A DNA stretch of 50,248 nt from an archaeon (lineage in GTDB: Archaea > AGJL01 > Methanococci > Methanococcales > Methanocaldococcaceae), in contig JAJRSC010000004.1 in NCBI GenBank assembly GCA_024278985.1, positions 1 to 50,248 of the forward strand, given 5' to 3'. The translations under genes were made by a program, and so were the position numbers. Each line of letters opens with the position of its first letter. The first letter of the stretch is position 1. The notes under the pieces were generated by a model. It worked only from the letters and a program-made list of their open reading frames with translations, made no database searches and was not told the origin of the DNA. This document shows positions 20,930 through 32,196 of the stretch, piece after piece.

Positions 20930-21565
20930 ATGGACTTTTTAGATAGGTATTTAAAATTAAAAAAGGAAAAAGAAAAGAAGAAACCTAAGGTCATAGTTGT
21001 TGGTAGAAGTAATGTAGGAAAATCAACACTAATAAGATTATTAACTGGAAGGAAAGATGTTAGAGTTGGAAAAAAACCAGGAGTTACTTTAAAAATTAAT
21101 GAGTATGATTTGGGAGATTATATTTTAGTAGATATGCCAGGATTTGGATATATGGCTGGACTTCCTAAAAAGGTTGAAGAGAAAATAAAGGATGATATTG
21201 TTAGATATATTGAAGAAAACTCAGATAATATTTCAGCAGGTATATTGGTTATTGACTCAAAGTCTTTTTTAGAAATTATAAAAAGATGGGATGAGAGAGG
21301 GGAAATTCCTATTGATATAGATATGTTTAATTTAATAACTGACCTAAAAATCTCTCCTATTATTGTTGCCAATAAAATGGATAAAATAAAAAAGAGTGAG
21401 AGAGATAAAATATTAGATAATATTGCCAAAGCATTTAATTGTTCTCCTCCTTGGAAACAATGGAAATTTATAGTGCCAGCATGTTTAAAAAAAGGAGATG
21501 GTTTAGAAGAAATAAAAAAGTTAATTAGAGAAAGAGTTGAAGCATATAAAAAAATTAGAGGTTAG
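20930..21565 (+). CDS. engB: GTP-binding protein EngB
   Basis: [18 protein letters not shown] and NKMD motifs. Confidence 0.9.
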   Translation: MDFLDRYLKLKKEKEKKKPKVIVVGRSNVGKSTLIRLLTGRKDVRVGKKPGVTLKINEYDLGDYILVDMPGFGYMAGLPKKVEEKIKDDIVRYIEENSDNISAGILVIDSKSFLEIIKRWDERGEIPIDIDMFNLITDLKISPIIVANKMDKIKKSERDKILDNIAKAFNCSPPWKQWKFIVPACLKKGDGLEEIKKLIRERVEAYKKIRG

Positions 21566-21584
21566 AACTGACTTTTTAATAACA

Positions 21585-22762
21585 TTATTTAAATAATTCT
21601 TCTACAATTCTTGCAAAGGCAGGTCTTGTTATTAATATTCCAAATAAAACTCCTGCAATAGTTGTTATAGCAAAACCTTTTAATAATCCAACACCTAAAA
21701 CAAACAATGGAAGCATTGCTGCTATAGATGTAGATGCTGAGGCAAATATAATAAAGAATGCTCTTTTAATACTTGCTTTAATTTTTCTACCTTTTAAAAT
21801 CTCATCTGCTATAACTATCTGGTTATCTACTCCAGTACCAACTGCTGCAATAATTCCAGCTATAGATGGTAAGTCTAACCTCCAGCCTATTAATTAGGCA
21901 AATCCAAGAATTAAGATAATTTCTGATAAACATGTTAATATTATTGGTAAGGATAATTTTGGAGTTTTATATCTAACAGCAACTATAATTCCAACAGCAA
22001 TAAATGCCAAAATTATAGCAATAAAAACACTCTTTTTTAAAGCATTTCCAAATTCTGGAGATATTGTATATATATATATTCAACATCTAACTTTACAGGC
22101 AAAGCACCAGACTTTAAAGCTGAATATATAGCTAATGCCTCCTCCTTTTCTTGCTCTGTTGGAGGATATTTACCAACTGTTATAACTTGACGTGGTTCTG
22201 GTTTTCCTGTTGCCAATTCAGGAGATAAAACAGGTGCTGAAATAAGTTTTCCATCCATATATAACTCAACTTTATGATAAGCCTTTCCTTTAGCAATCTC
22301 TGCAAATCTTTTAGCTGCATCCATTGTTAATTCAAATTCTACTCCATAAGCCCAACCTGATTCTGTTGGAATTTTTGAAGGTTCATAAACCTTAGCTACA
22401 TCTTTCCCTGTATATACTGTTATATTATCAATCTTAGCAACAAATACACCCTGATGCTTAATAATATTAATTATCTTTTGAGCATTTTCTGATGCAGGAA
22501 CTACAACAACAATTTCCTGATTACCTCTTGGATATATTTCAATACCACTTAACCCTGTAATATCTAATCTCTTTTTTAAAATCTCTAAAGTTAATTGAAG
22601 CTCTTGGTCATTCATTGGTTTTTCAGCTTTTAAAACTATTATACTACCCCCTGAAAAATCAACCCCAAAGTATAAACCTTTAACAGCAATAATTAATATA
22701 GAAATTGTAACTGAAAATATAAGTAGTAATATCTTTTTATCTTTTAATAGTTTCTTTATCAA
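21585..22762 (-). CDS. secD: protein translocase subunit SecD, frameshifted at a (TA)6 repeat (22067-22078)
   Basis: GVDFSGGS and [10 protein letters not shown]; removing 2 nt restores [11 protein letters not shown]... through the TM helices to ...[14 protein letters not shown] (391 aa). Confidence 0.88.
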
Positions 22763-22792
22763 GCTTTCACCATTTCAACGAGGTGGTTTTAT

Positions 22793-23062
22793 TTGGACTA
22801 TGATATTGTTGGATATATTGCTGGAACTTTAACAACATTTGCATCCCTGCCACAACTTATAAAATCTATGAAAGAGAAAGATTTAAGAAGTATATCTCTC
22901 CCATTTGTTATAACCTTTACGACTGGATTATTACTTTGGTTAATATATGGACTAATTAAAAAAGATTATCCAATAATTGTTTTTAATATACTATCTTTAA
23001 TGTTTTGGGTTCCTATAACTTACTTAAAAATTAAAGAAACATTAAGTAAAAAACTCATCTAA
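22793..23062 (+). CDS. SemiSWEET/PQ-loop family membrane protein
   Basis: LTTFASLPQLIK...LLWLIYG, three TM helices. Confidence 0.85.
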   Translation: MDYDIVGYIAGTLTTFASLPQLIKSMKEKDLRSISLPFVITFTTGLLLWLIYGLIKKDYPIIVFNILSLMFWVPITYLKIKETLSKKLI

Positions 23063-25363
23063 TGTCTTTTGTTTTTCCTCCTTCTTTAATTCTGATTTAG
23101 TTATGTTTAGTGCTTCCATAACCCTTAAAACAGGTGGTAATATTTGATTTTCAATATAATAGTTTATATCAATATCTTCCTTACTAACTTCTTCAGGTAA
23201 TTTTGCTTTTTCACTAACCTTTTCAGCTCCTTTTACAATAACATAACCAATAACATCCCCAATATTAACTCTTTTACCTTCTCTTATTAATCTTTTAGCA
23301 AGTTCTACATGGGGAGCTGATGTTTTATATTCTTCTGGTTTCTTTGTTAGTTGGGTATAGATAACTAAATCCTCAATATCTATATTTCCCTCTCTAAGAT
23401 TTTTTATAGTTTCTTGAATAATTTTTTTAGCTTTTTTAATATTTCCTTCTTTTAAGAGAGCTTCTAAAACTTTCTTTTGTGTTTTTTTTGCAATATTTGC
23501 CCAGTCTCTTCTAACAATTTCAAGACCCTTAACTTCTATTTTATTATCATCTGTTAAAACAGCATATTTCTTTTTAGTTACAAATAGAGCTCTTCTATAA
23601 AAGCTCTCAAATTCTAACTCCATCAATCCAGGAAGTTTTTTATTAATATAATTTAAAAATTCTTTAGTTTTCTTTATTAGTTCATCTTTATCTATCTTTT
23701 TTTTCCAGGTAGTATAAAATCCATCAGTATCTATATATAAAACTTTAAATCCAAATTTTTCAGCTTCTTCAATAGCCTGTTTAATATATTTTCTTCCAAG
23801 ATAAGTAACAATTTCAGCACATTCTTTACTATAAAATCTTGCTCTTGGATATGCTAAATATCCATAATGAGAATTTGCCAGTATTTTTAAAGATAACTGC
23901 TCATAATTTAAAAGTTCTTTTATTTCTTTATTATCAGTTATTGCCATTTGCTTTTTTATTTTCATTCTTCTATCAATTAAATCCTTTAAAGTTTTTGGGA
24001 TTAATCCTATCCTTTTTTTACAAAACCAATGTCCTAAAATTTTTTCACTATTATCTTTACAACAATCACAATCTAAAGTATCAGGGCTAATATTATAGGT
24101 TATAATAATAGATGGATATAAACTTCTAAAATCAAGATAAACTATATTCTCATATAATCCTTTAACAGCCTTTACATATCCTCCTTCATAACTTACCTCT
24201 AATCTTCTTTTATATTCTTTTTCATCTGGTTTATTGGGCACTATTAAATTATCTAAATATGCCCTTTTCATTAAAAGATATTCAACCATCTGACCAGATG
24301 TCATTCTTGTAGTTTCAAATAAAACCTGATTTACTATTCTTGAAAACATAACTTCAAGAGGAAAAAAATAAATTCCTATCTTATAGGTATATTTTGCATC
24401 TTGTAAAGAATATTCTACTAAATTCTCATCTATATCTTCCCAAAATAGTCCTATATTTTTATGATGAATTTTTAACTTTTCAATGCCAAATAAGTTATAA
24501 ACAACATCTTCAAGTGTGTATTTAGTTAGTTTTAATAATCTTTTTGCTATTGGATATAAATCAATATGGACTCTTCCTGGAATATAGACTTTATTAGATA
24601 TTCCTCTCTTTATTTTAATCTCTTCTCCTTCTCTTCCAAGTTCTAATTTTATATTGTATAGTTTAGCTCTCTCTTTTAAATATTGAAAATCAAAATTGTC
24701 ACCATTGTATGTAAAAATAACTTCATACTTTTTTAATTCTTCAATAATTTTCTTTATTAGCTCTTTCTCATTTTTAACAATCTCAACATTGTCATGATTA
24801 AAATCTTTGTATGTTATAACCTTTCCACCATTACCATCCCAAAAAGAGGCCATTATTATAGGATCTTTATTAGGATTTGGTTCTTTTCCTTCATTATAAA
24901 CCTCTATATCAAAAGCAACCATATTTAATTTTGGTATATCCTTACTAACAACTTTATTTTTTTCAAAATCCCAATAAACCATTGGAATAATATCATTATC
25001 TATTAAGTATCTCTTAGCAAATGGAATATCATGCTCATAAATCTCCTTTACAATTTCTTTAATTTTTCTTAGCTTAGGAACCTTTTGGGGATGAGTTGCT
25101 ATAATTTTTAAAATTTCCTTTTCTTCTTTTAAAATTCTTTTTTTAACAATATCTATTTTTTCAACATATTTTAGTAAATCATTTTTTAAAAGAAAATCTT
25201 TTATATTCTCAATATCTTCCAAATTTATTTTATTTTTATCAAGTTCAGCATAAAAATAGGGCTTAAAGTTTCTATCCTTTAGAATATTATTTATTAAATA
25301 GAGATAAATAACTGCTTTATTGTCTATTGTTTTATAAGTGTTATCTATTAAGCAGTCTATCAT
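23042..25363 (-). CDS. polB: family B DNA polymerase, intein-free
   Basis: FDIEV, YNGDNFDF, DFRSLYPSII, KILANSHYGY and YIDTDG motifs. Confidence 0.97.
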   Translation of the reverse strand: MIDCLIDNTYKTIDNKAVIYLYLINNILKDRNFKPYFYAELDKNKINLEDIENIKDFLLKNDLLKYVEKIDIVKKRILKEEKEILKIIATHPQKVPKLRKIKEIVKEIYEHDIPFAKRYLIDNDIIPMVYWDFEKNKVVSKDIPKLNMVAFDIEVYNEGKEPNPNKDPIIMASFWDGNGGKVITYKDFNHDNVEIVKNEKELIKKIIEELKKYEVIFTYNGDNFDFQYLKERAKLYNIKLELGREGEEIKIKRGISNKVYIPGRVHIDLYPIAKRLLKLTKYTLEDVVYNLFGIEKLKIHHKNIGLFWEDIDENLVEYSLQDAKYTYKIGIYFFPLEVMFSRIVNQVLFETTRMTSGQMVEYLLMKRAYLDNLIVPNKPDEKEYKRRLEVSYEGGYVKAVKGLYENIVYLDFRSLYPSIIITYNISPDTLDCDCCKDNSEKILGHWFCKKRIGLIPKTLKDLIDRRMKIKKQMAITDNKEIKELLNYEQLSLKILANSHYGYLAYPRARFYSKECAEIVTYLGRKYIKQAIEEAEKFGFKVLYIDTDGFYTTWKKKIDKDELIKKTKEFLNYINKKLPGLMELEFESFYRRALFVTKKKYAVLTDDNKIEVKGLEIVRRDWANIAKKTQKKVLEALLKEGNIKKAKKIIQETIKNLREGNIDIEDLVIYTQLTKKPEEYKTSAPHVELAKRLIREGKRVNIGDVIGYVIVKGAEKVSEKAKLPEEVSKEDIDINYYIENQILPPVLRVMEALNITKSELKKEEKQKTLDEFFT

Positions 25364-25371
25364 GATAACCC

Positions 25372-26127
25372 TTATTTTATAATTCTATTAACTATTTTTT
25401 CAACTTCTTTATATACTTCATTATCCTCTGGCAAATTCCATAAAGGAATACCTTTTAAGTCATATTCTGCTATCTCTTTATTGTATGGAAGGATACCAAT
25501 TAAATTTAATCCCAATTCATCAGCATACTTTTTTATAATCTCTTTATCCTCTTCTTTAACTTTATTTGCTACAACATATATATCTTTAAATTTAACATCT
25601 AATTCATTGGCAAGTTTCTTAATTCTTTTAGCAGTTCCCAAACCTCTTTTAGTTGGGTCAGTTACAACAATCATAACATCAACATTTTGGGTAGTTCTTC
25701 TACTTAAATGTTCTAAACCTGCCTCTGTATCAATAACCACATAATCGTAATATCCTGAAAGATTATCTATTATCTGCCTAAGCCAGTTATTTACACTACA
25801 ATAGCAACCACTTCCCTCTGGTCTTCCCATAACTAATAAATCATAGTTATCTGTCTCAACTAAAATTTCATAAATCTTACTTTTTAAAAAATCTAATTTA
25901 CTCATTCCTCCAGGAATTTCTCCACATCTCTCTATTATTTTTTTTAGTTCTTCTCTAATATCTCCAACAGTTTTCTCAACTTCTACTCCAAGAGTCTCAG
26001 GAAGATTAGAATCAGGGTCAGCATCAACAACTAAAATATTATTTGTTTTTTTGGATAATGCTTTAATTAAAAGTGTAGTAAATGCTGTTTTTCCAACTCC
26101 TCCTTTCCCACTTACTGCTATAATCAT
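25372..26127 (-). CDS. CooC/AcsF-type nickel-insertion ATPase
   Basis: GKGGVGKT, DADPDSNL, GSGCYC and DTEAGLEHLSR motifs. Confidence 0.85.
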   Translation of the reverse strand: MIIAVSGKGGVGKTAFTTLLIKALSKKTNNILVVDADPDSNLPETLGVEVEKTVGDIREELKKIIERCGEIPGGMSKLDFLKSKIYEILVETDNYDLLVMGRPEGSGCYCSVNNWLRQIIDNLSGYYDYVVIDTEAGLEHLSRRTTQNVDVMIVVTDPTKRGLGTAKRIKKLANELDVKFKDIYVVANKVKEEDKEIIKKYADELGLNLIGILPYNKEIAEYDLKGIPLWNLPEDNEVYKEVEKIVNRIIK

Positions 26128-26780
26128 AAAACCCTACCTTTAACTTTATTAATGTCAAATTTTGCAGTCTTAGCAATGGCCATAACTGCTAAAACTCCTG
26201 CTTGTAATGGGTCACCAACAACTAAATCAGCATATTCAGGCACAGAACCAAACATTTTTAAACTAATTACAGGAATTCCTTTATTTCTAACTTCTTTAAC
26301 TGCCTCGCTTATTTTTCCACCCATTAAAGAACCTGCTAAGACCAATATCCCTACTCTTGGAAGTTTTAAAACTGCCTTAACTGCTTCGGCTAAATTATCC
26401 TCTCCAACTATTGGAAGAGTATCAACACTTATCCTTTCTCCTCTTATATTATGTCTATCCGCTTCACTTATTGCTCCTCTTGCAACTTCAGCAACTTGAG
26501 CCCCTCCTCCAATTATAATAACTCTTTTCCCATATATCTTTTTTAAACTGTTATGTATCTCAACGAACTTAACTTCTTTTAGTGCTTTAATTTCATTTAA
26601 TAGATTATTTAGAATTTCTTTATCCAAGTTTTCAATTTCCATATAAATAAATCCAAATCCATCATTTTTTATAAATTGTTGAGTGTAAGTTATATTTCCA
26701 TGATATTTAACAATAATCCCAGTTAATTTATGTAGAACCCCTATTTTATTCTCTGCCTCAACACTTAACCCAATATCCAT
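26124..26780 (-). CDS. ACT-domain protein with conserved methanogen C-terminal domain (DUF5612-like)
   Basis: N-terminal ACT (ENKIGVLHKLT); GAISEADRHNIRGERISVDT. Confidence 0.75.
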   Translation of the reverse strand: MDIGLSVEAENKIGVLHKLTGIIVKYHGNITYTQQFIKNDGFGFIYMEIENLDKEILNNLLNEIKALKEVKFVEIHNSLKKIYGKRVIIIGGGAQVAEVARGAISEADRHNIRGERISVDTLPIVGEDNLAEAVKAVLKLPRVGILVLAGSLMGGKISEAVKEVRNKGIPVISLKMFGSVPEYADLVVGDPLQAGVLAVMAIAKTAKFDINKVKGRVL

Positions 26781-26790
26781 ATTCTCAACT

Positions 26791-27477
26791 TTACAAATAT
26801 ACTATTTCTATCTTATCCCTAAGTTTTTCTATTAATTCCTTAGCATATTTTAATTTTTTTCTTTTTATTTCATCAGCAATATCAATATCTTTTCCAATAT
26901 TCCTGGAATACTTACTTATTATTTCTCCAAAATCCATACCTCCCAAAATTAATTTTTTAGCTCCTAACTTATAAGCTAAATAACAGGCTCTATCTCCATC
27001 AGTGAATCCACCAAAATTATATAAATTATCTATTTCCAAATTAGGAACTTGATGAGTAGGAAGAATATTTTTTAACATAGGGACATATTTTTTTATATTC
27101 TCTATATTATCTCCATGGGCATTTATAACAACAATTGAGCCCCTATTGTTACATTCAATTAAAGCAGGAATATCTCCATCTAAGTCACTTACAATAATAT
27201 CAGGAATTTTATTTATCTCCAACAAAGCTCTACATGCACCATCAGCAGCAATAACAGGATTTCTAACTAAAAATCTATGTTTAAATATTGAGGGTCCTGC
27301 TCCTAATATATAGACTTCTTTATTCTCAATTATTTTTTTAACATCCTCCAACTTAACACAATTTTTATATTTTTTAACTAATTGAGATAATAGCTTAGCA
27401 CTTTCAATATCTTTTTCTATACTAAAACCAAAGTCTTTTATTATTTTTTCATACATTTTAGGCTCCAAATTTATCAC
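26791..27477 (-). CDS. mptE: 6-hydroxymethyl-7,8-dihydropterin pyrophosphokinase
   Basis: GAGPS, IAADGA, VSDLDG, HGDN and NFGGFTDGDRA motifs. Confidence 0.8.
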   Translation of the reverse strand: MINLEPKMYEKIIKDFGFSIEKDIESAKLLSQLVKKYKNCVKLEDVKKIIENKEVYILGAGPSIFKHRFLVRNPVIAADGACRALLEINKIPDIIVSDLDGDIPALIECNNRGSIVVINAHGDNIENIKKYVPMLKNILPTHQVPNLEIDNLYNFGGFTDGDRACYLAYKLGAKKLILGGMDFGEIISKYSRNIGKDIDIADEIKRKKLKYAKELIEKLRDKIEIVYL

Positions 27478-28660
27478 ACCTATTAGTTAAATCTAATAAT
27501 ATTTTCATTACATGCTCTCCTTTAATCCAATGTAATCCTCCTTTATAACATGAGAATTCATTAAACTCTTTAACATCATCTACTCTTACACTTTTTCCCC
27601 ATATTACTATTGGCACAGGGTCAGCTGAGTGGTCTTTAACTTCTATAGGAGAAGAGTGGTCTCCAGTAAGAACAAAATATACATCATCTTTATTAATATT
27701 TTTAATAATCTCTCCAAGCATTTTATCAATATCTTCCAAAACCTTAACCTTTTTATTATAGTCCCCATCATGACTTGCTTCATTAGCAAGTTTAACATTT
27801 ACTAAGATAAAATCATACTTTTTTAAACCATCAATAAGTTTTTTAACTATTGTATCATAATCTCCAACTTTAACCTCCTCAACATCCAAACCAATCATTT
27901 TAGCTAATCCCTTTATTAACCCAGTTTCACAGATACATAAACCTCTCATATTATACTTCTCATAAAATTTTGGAACCTCTCTATAAATACCTCCCCCTCT
28001 TGGGAGGATAATATTGGCTACAGGTAAATTTTTCTTTCTCCTTTCTTCATTTATTGGATGATTATTTAATTTTTCATAAACAATTTTTAACAATTTATTT
28101 AATACTTCTGCAGTTTTCTTAGATTCTTTATTTAATGCCTTAATTTCAGGAACTTTTTTTCCTTCTATATGTGGGTCCCCATCAGTTACTTTATCTCCTA
28201 AATTTTCCCCTCTTAAAACTAATGCTCCTCTATATCCTTTAGATGATTTAAAAATTATTTTAACTCCATCTATTTCTATTCCATCAATTTCCTTCTCTAA
28301 TATTTTATCCTCTTCTTCTGATATTCTTCCAGCTCTTCTATCTACTACTGTAAAATTCTCATCTACAGTTGCAAAATTACACCTAAAGGCAACATCACCA
28401 TCTTTAAGCTCTATATCAACACCTAAAGCTTCTAATGGACCTCTTCCAGAGTAGTATTTATAAGGGTTGTATCCTAAAATAGATAAATGTGCAGTATCAC
28501 TTCCTGGCCTTATTCCAATATCTATGGCACTCATTAATCCAGTTATTCCTTCCTCAGCAAGTTTATCCATATTTGGAGTATTTGCTTCTTTTAATGGAGT
28601 TAAACCATATTTATTAGGTCTATCTCCTACACCATCAATAATAAATATTACAATTTTCAA
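27458..28660 (-). CDS. apgM: 2,3-bisphosphoglycerate-independent phosphoglycerate mutase (archaeal type)
   Basis: IDGVGD, PGSDTAHL, GRGPLEALG and TGDHSSP motifs. Confidence 0.9.
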   Translation of the reverse strand: MKIVIFIIDGVGDRPNKYGLTPLKEANTPNMDKLAEEGITGLMSAIDIGIRPGSDTAHLSILGYNPYKYYSGRGPLEALGVDIELKDGDVAFRCNFATVDENFTVVDRRAGRISEEEDKILEKEIDGIEIDGVKIIFKSSKGYRGALVLRGENLGDKVTDGDPHIEGKKVPEIKALNKESKKTAEVLNKLLKIVYEKLNNHPINEERRKKNLPVANIILPRGGGIYREVPKFYEKYNMRGLCICETGLIKGLAKMIGLDVEEVKVGDYDTIVKKLIDGLKKYDFILVNVKLANEASHDGDYNKKVKVLEDIDKMLGEIIKNINKDDVYFVLTGDHSSPIEVKDHSADPVPIVIWGKSVRVDDVKEFNEFSCYKGGLHWIKGEHVMKILLDLTNRCDKFGA

Positions 28661-29877
28661 TTTTTCACCCTCTTTTTAATTAATTCGTCTTTTTTATAAA
28701 CAAAAGTATTTTTTTCTATATCTCTATCTATTAAACAATTTGCCCCTATCCAGCAGTTACTACCAATTTTAACCCCTGGCATAAAAGAAACGTGTACTCC
28801 TGTCTTAACATTATCCCCCATTATAACTCCAAGTTTTCTAACACTTTCTACTCTTTTTCCTTTTATATTAACTTTAACAGGTTTATTATCAAACCTTAAA
28901 TTTGCAGTTATTGTATTACATCCAAAATTACAATTTTCTCCTATTATACTATCTCCCACATATGATAAATGTGGAATCTTAGTATTTTTCATTATTATTG
29001 AGCCCTTTACTTCTGAAGAATTTCCTACAAATGTATTTTCCATTAAGACAGTATAAGGCCTTATATATGCTAAAGGTCCAACAATTGAGCCACTTTTTAT
29101 TATTGCTGGTCCTTCAATAACAGAGTTTGCCCTTATCTTAGCACCTTCCTCTATAATAACATTATCCTTTATAACAACATTCTCCTCAATCTCACCCATA
29201 ATATTCCTTTTAATTTTGTTGAGTAAATATTTATTGGCATCTAATAAGTCCCAAGGTCTTCCTATATCATTCCAGTAACCGTTTAATATATATCCTTTAA
29301 CCTTTTCCTTCTTTATTAATATTTTTAAGGCATCTGTCAATTCTCTCTCTCCCCTCTTAGAAAGAGGCAGATTTTTAAGAATATCAAATATTTTTTTATT
29401 TAATTTATATATTCCTGCATTTATAAGATTAGATTTTGGATTTTCAGGTTTCTCTTCAATATCTATAATATTGTTATTTTCATCTAAAACAATAACTCCA
29501 AAATCTTTAGGATTATCTACTTTAGTTAAACCAACTGCTAACTCATAATCTAAAAAATTTTTTAAGTTATCTTCAAATATTATATCTCCATTAATAACTA
29601 AAAACTCATCTCCTACATAATTCTCAGCTGTTAAAACAGCTTCTCCAGTTCCATCAATCTCTCCCTGCTCTAAAATAGTATAGTTAGAGTATCTTTCATA
29701 TATATGTTCTTTTTTATATTTGGCAATTATAATTATGTTATCTACCAACTTCTCAACTTTTTCAATAATGTGGTCAAGAATTGGCTTTCCAGCAACTGGT
29801 AAGAGAGGTTTAGGTTTATTCTCAGTTAAAGGCAATAATCTTTCCCCCTTTCCAGCAGCCAAAATAATTGCATCCAT
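28657..29877 (-). CDS. glmU: bifunctional GlmU-like nucleotidyltransferase/acetyltransferase
   Basis: LAAGKGERL...PKPL N-terminal domain; hexapeptide repeats with HLSYVGDS. Confidence 0.85.
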   Translation of the reverse strand: MDAIILAAGKGERLLPLTENKPKPLLPVAGKPILDHIIEKVEKLVDNIIIIAKYKKEHIYERYSNYTILEQGEIDGTGEAVLTAENYVGDEFLVINGDIIFEDNLKNFLDYELAVGLTKVDNPKDFGVIVLDENNNIIDIEEKPENPKSNLINAGIYKLNKKIFDILKNLPLSKRGERELTDALKILIKKEKVKGYILNGYWNDIGRPWDLLDANKYLLNKIKRNIMGEIEENVVIKDNVIIEEGAKIRANSVIEGPAIIKSGSIVGPLAYIRPYTVLMENTFVGNSSEVKGSIIMKNTKIPHLSYVGDSIIGENCNFGCNTITANLRFDNKPVKVNIKGKRVESVRKLGVIMGDNVKTGVHVSFMPGVKIGSNCWIGANCLIDRDIEKNTFVYKKDELIKKRVKN

Positions 29878-29949
29878 TCTATACCTCCAAAATTTTTTAA
29901 GATATAATATATAATTAAAAATTTAATACTTAATTAAGGTAATGAAATT

Positions 29950-30675
29950 ATGATAAAAGAAATATTTAATTCAATAATGGGAGAAGGGAAATATATAGGA
30001 AGAAGATTTATTTTTTTAAGATTTGATAAATGTCCTTTAAATTGTATATATTGTGATGAAAGTAAAAAAGAATATAAAGGATGTGAAATTTCTCCTGGAA
30101 GTGAAAAATTTAAAAAAATTGATAATAACATAAAAGAAGTTATAAGGTGTATTGAAAATTTAACAACTCCTGACTTATTTGCTGTGTCTTTTACTGGAGG
30201 AGAGCCATTAGTATATTATGAATTTTGTAGAGAACTTAATAGTATACTAAAAAATAAAGGTTATAGAACTTTCTTAGAAAGTAATGGAATATATCCAGAA
30301 AAATTATTTAAGGTAGATATTGCCTCAATAGACATTAAACTTAAAGAACATTTTATTAATATTGATGATAATTTATATAAAATGATATATAATAATGAAT
30401 TAAAAACTATTGAAAAACTTTACAAAATGGGTGTTGATGTTTATGCTAAAATAGTTATTTTAAAAAATACAGATATAAATAATATTAAAAAAATAGCTCA
30501 AGATTTAAGTGAAATAGGAGAAATATTATTATGCCTTCAACCACTCACCCCAATAAACAACCTTCAGCCACCAAGTAAAGAGTTGTTGTTTAAGATAATG
30601 GAAGAGTGTGGAAAATACCTTGGAGATAATGTTATGCTAACAATACAAATGCATAAATATTTGGGGGTTTTATAA
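29950..30675 (+). CDS. queE: 7-carboxy-7-deazaguanine synthase-like radical SAM protein
   Basis: EIFNSIMGEG, CPLNCIYCD, FTGGEP and C-terminal QMHKYL. Confidence 0.8.
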   Translation: MIKEIFNSIMGEGKYIGRRFIFLRFDKCPLNCIYCDESKKEYKGCEISPGSEKFKKIDNNIKEVIRCIENLTTPDLFAVSFTGGEPLVYYEFCRELNSILKNKGYRTFLESNGIYPEKLFKVDIASIDIKLKEHFINIDDNLYKMIYNNELKTIEKLYKMGVDVYAKIVILKNTDINNIKKIAQDLSEIGEILLCLQPLTPINNLQPPSKELLFKIMEECGKYLGDNVMLTIQMHKYLGVL

Positions 30676-30689
30676 TAGGTGAGTTTTTT

Positions 30690-32171
30690 ATGAAAATTTG
30701 GATTACAACAGTAGGTTGGAGTCCTTTTGCAGTTTTTAATACTTTATGGTTTGCAATAGTTAGAGACAGTTATATACCTGATAAAATATATTTAATATGG
30801 AATAGTAAAGTAGAGAACAACAAAGAAATAATCAAGAAATATTTAAATGCATTAAATGAATCTTATGGTTTTAATTTAAAAGTAGTGGAGTATAAAATAG
30901 AAAGAGAAGAAAATTTTAAAGAATTTATTAAAGGTTTGTCAGACATTATATTAAAAGAAAAAAAGTATAATAATGAGATTGCAATAGATATAACTCCTGG
31001 AAGAAAATTTATGAGTGCTTTTTCAATGTTTGCTGGTTTAGAAGGTGTATGAAAAGAGAAATATAAATGTGATAGAGTTTATTATTTACATATTGATGAT
31101 ATGAAATATTTAAACTTTCCTTTATATTTAATCCCTTTCTCTATACAAAAGTTATATGAACTAAAAAGCACACTTCTAAACAAAAAGTATAAAAGAGAAC
31201 TCTATAAAATTGATGGTAAAACTAACATAAAGATAAATAGAAAAGAAATTTTAAGTGTTATAAATCACTATTATTTAAAAGATATTTATATATTTAATAT
31301 TTATGTTGATAATATTGAATTTGCTAAAATAACACTTCAAAATAATAACTTGGCAAATATAGAAATCAATAAAGACATTAAAGATATAAATTTAAAGGAT
31401 TATATATTAGACAATAATTCATATATTAACAATATTATTTATTCAATATCTAAGATGAACTTTTATATAGTTGATGAAGACAGGGAGTTAAGTGAAGAAG
31501 AATTTTTTAAATATCTTATTAATAAATTAAAATCAAAAGATACATACTATATAACTTTTGATACTAATGCATTAATCAATCATGTACCAAGGAAGTTAAT
31601 AGAATATTTTGAAAATAGTAGAGAGAGAATAACTCCTAATTTTTTAATATCAAGGTGTGTGATTAATGAGATAACTGAAGATTTTGGAAAAATAAAATAT
31701 TGTAAAGACCAGGATTATATTAACCAACCAAAGCCAAAAGGAAGGCTATTTAAATTAGGACATTCTCAGCTAACTCTTTTACAACAAAAAAATGCAGTAG
31801 TTATTGAGCATGAGGGAAAATTTGATAACAGTATAAGAGACTCTTTAATAAAATATCTTAGAGATAAAAATGGAAAGTTAATATTTATTAGTTCTGATAA
31901 GGACTTCTGTTATAATCTTTCAGGCTATCCTGAGATTGAAACAGTATATGTTAAATTTAATAGAAATAAAAAATATAGTTGGGAGGATGTTAGAGATTTC
32001 CTATATATATCATCAATAATTTTAGGAAAAATTAGAGTCAAATATATGGGGACCATAAAATCAGTTTGGAGAGGAAAAGATATAAATGATTGGAAAAATG
32101 AGAGAGTATATCTTGAAAATACAGATAAACATATTAAAAATATTATAAATTGTTTAAGAAAAATAAACTAA
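30690..32171 (+). CDS. CARF-PIN fusion protein (about 493 aa), interrupted by an in-frame TGA at 31050-31052
   Basis: CARF-like ITTVGWSP...IDITPGRKFMS...RVYYL; PIN-like ITFDTNAL...VINEI...FDNSI...ISSDKD; both ORFs share one frame. Confidence 0.65.
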
Positions 32172-32196
32172 CTATTTTTAAGTTAGAGAGATAACT

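Noticed and set aside
31050-31052. In-frame TGA as a selenocysteine codon
   Set aside because: No redox or metal motif context and no SECIS-like GC-rich hairpin seen downstream; GGA->TGA fits the other lesions.
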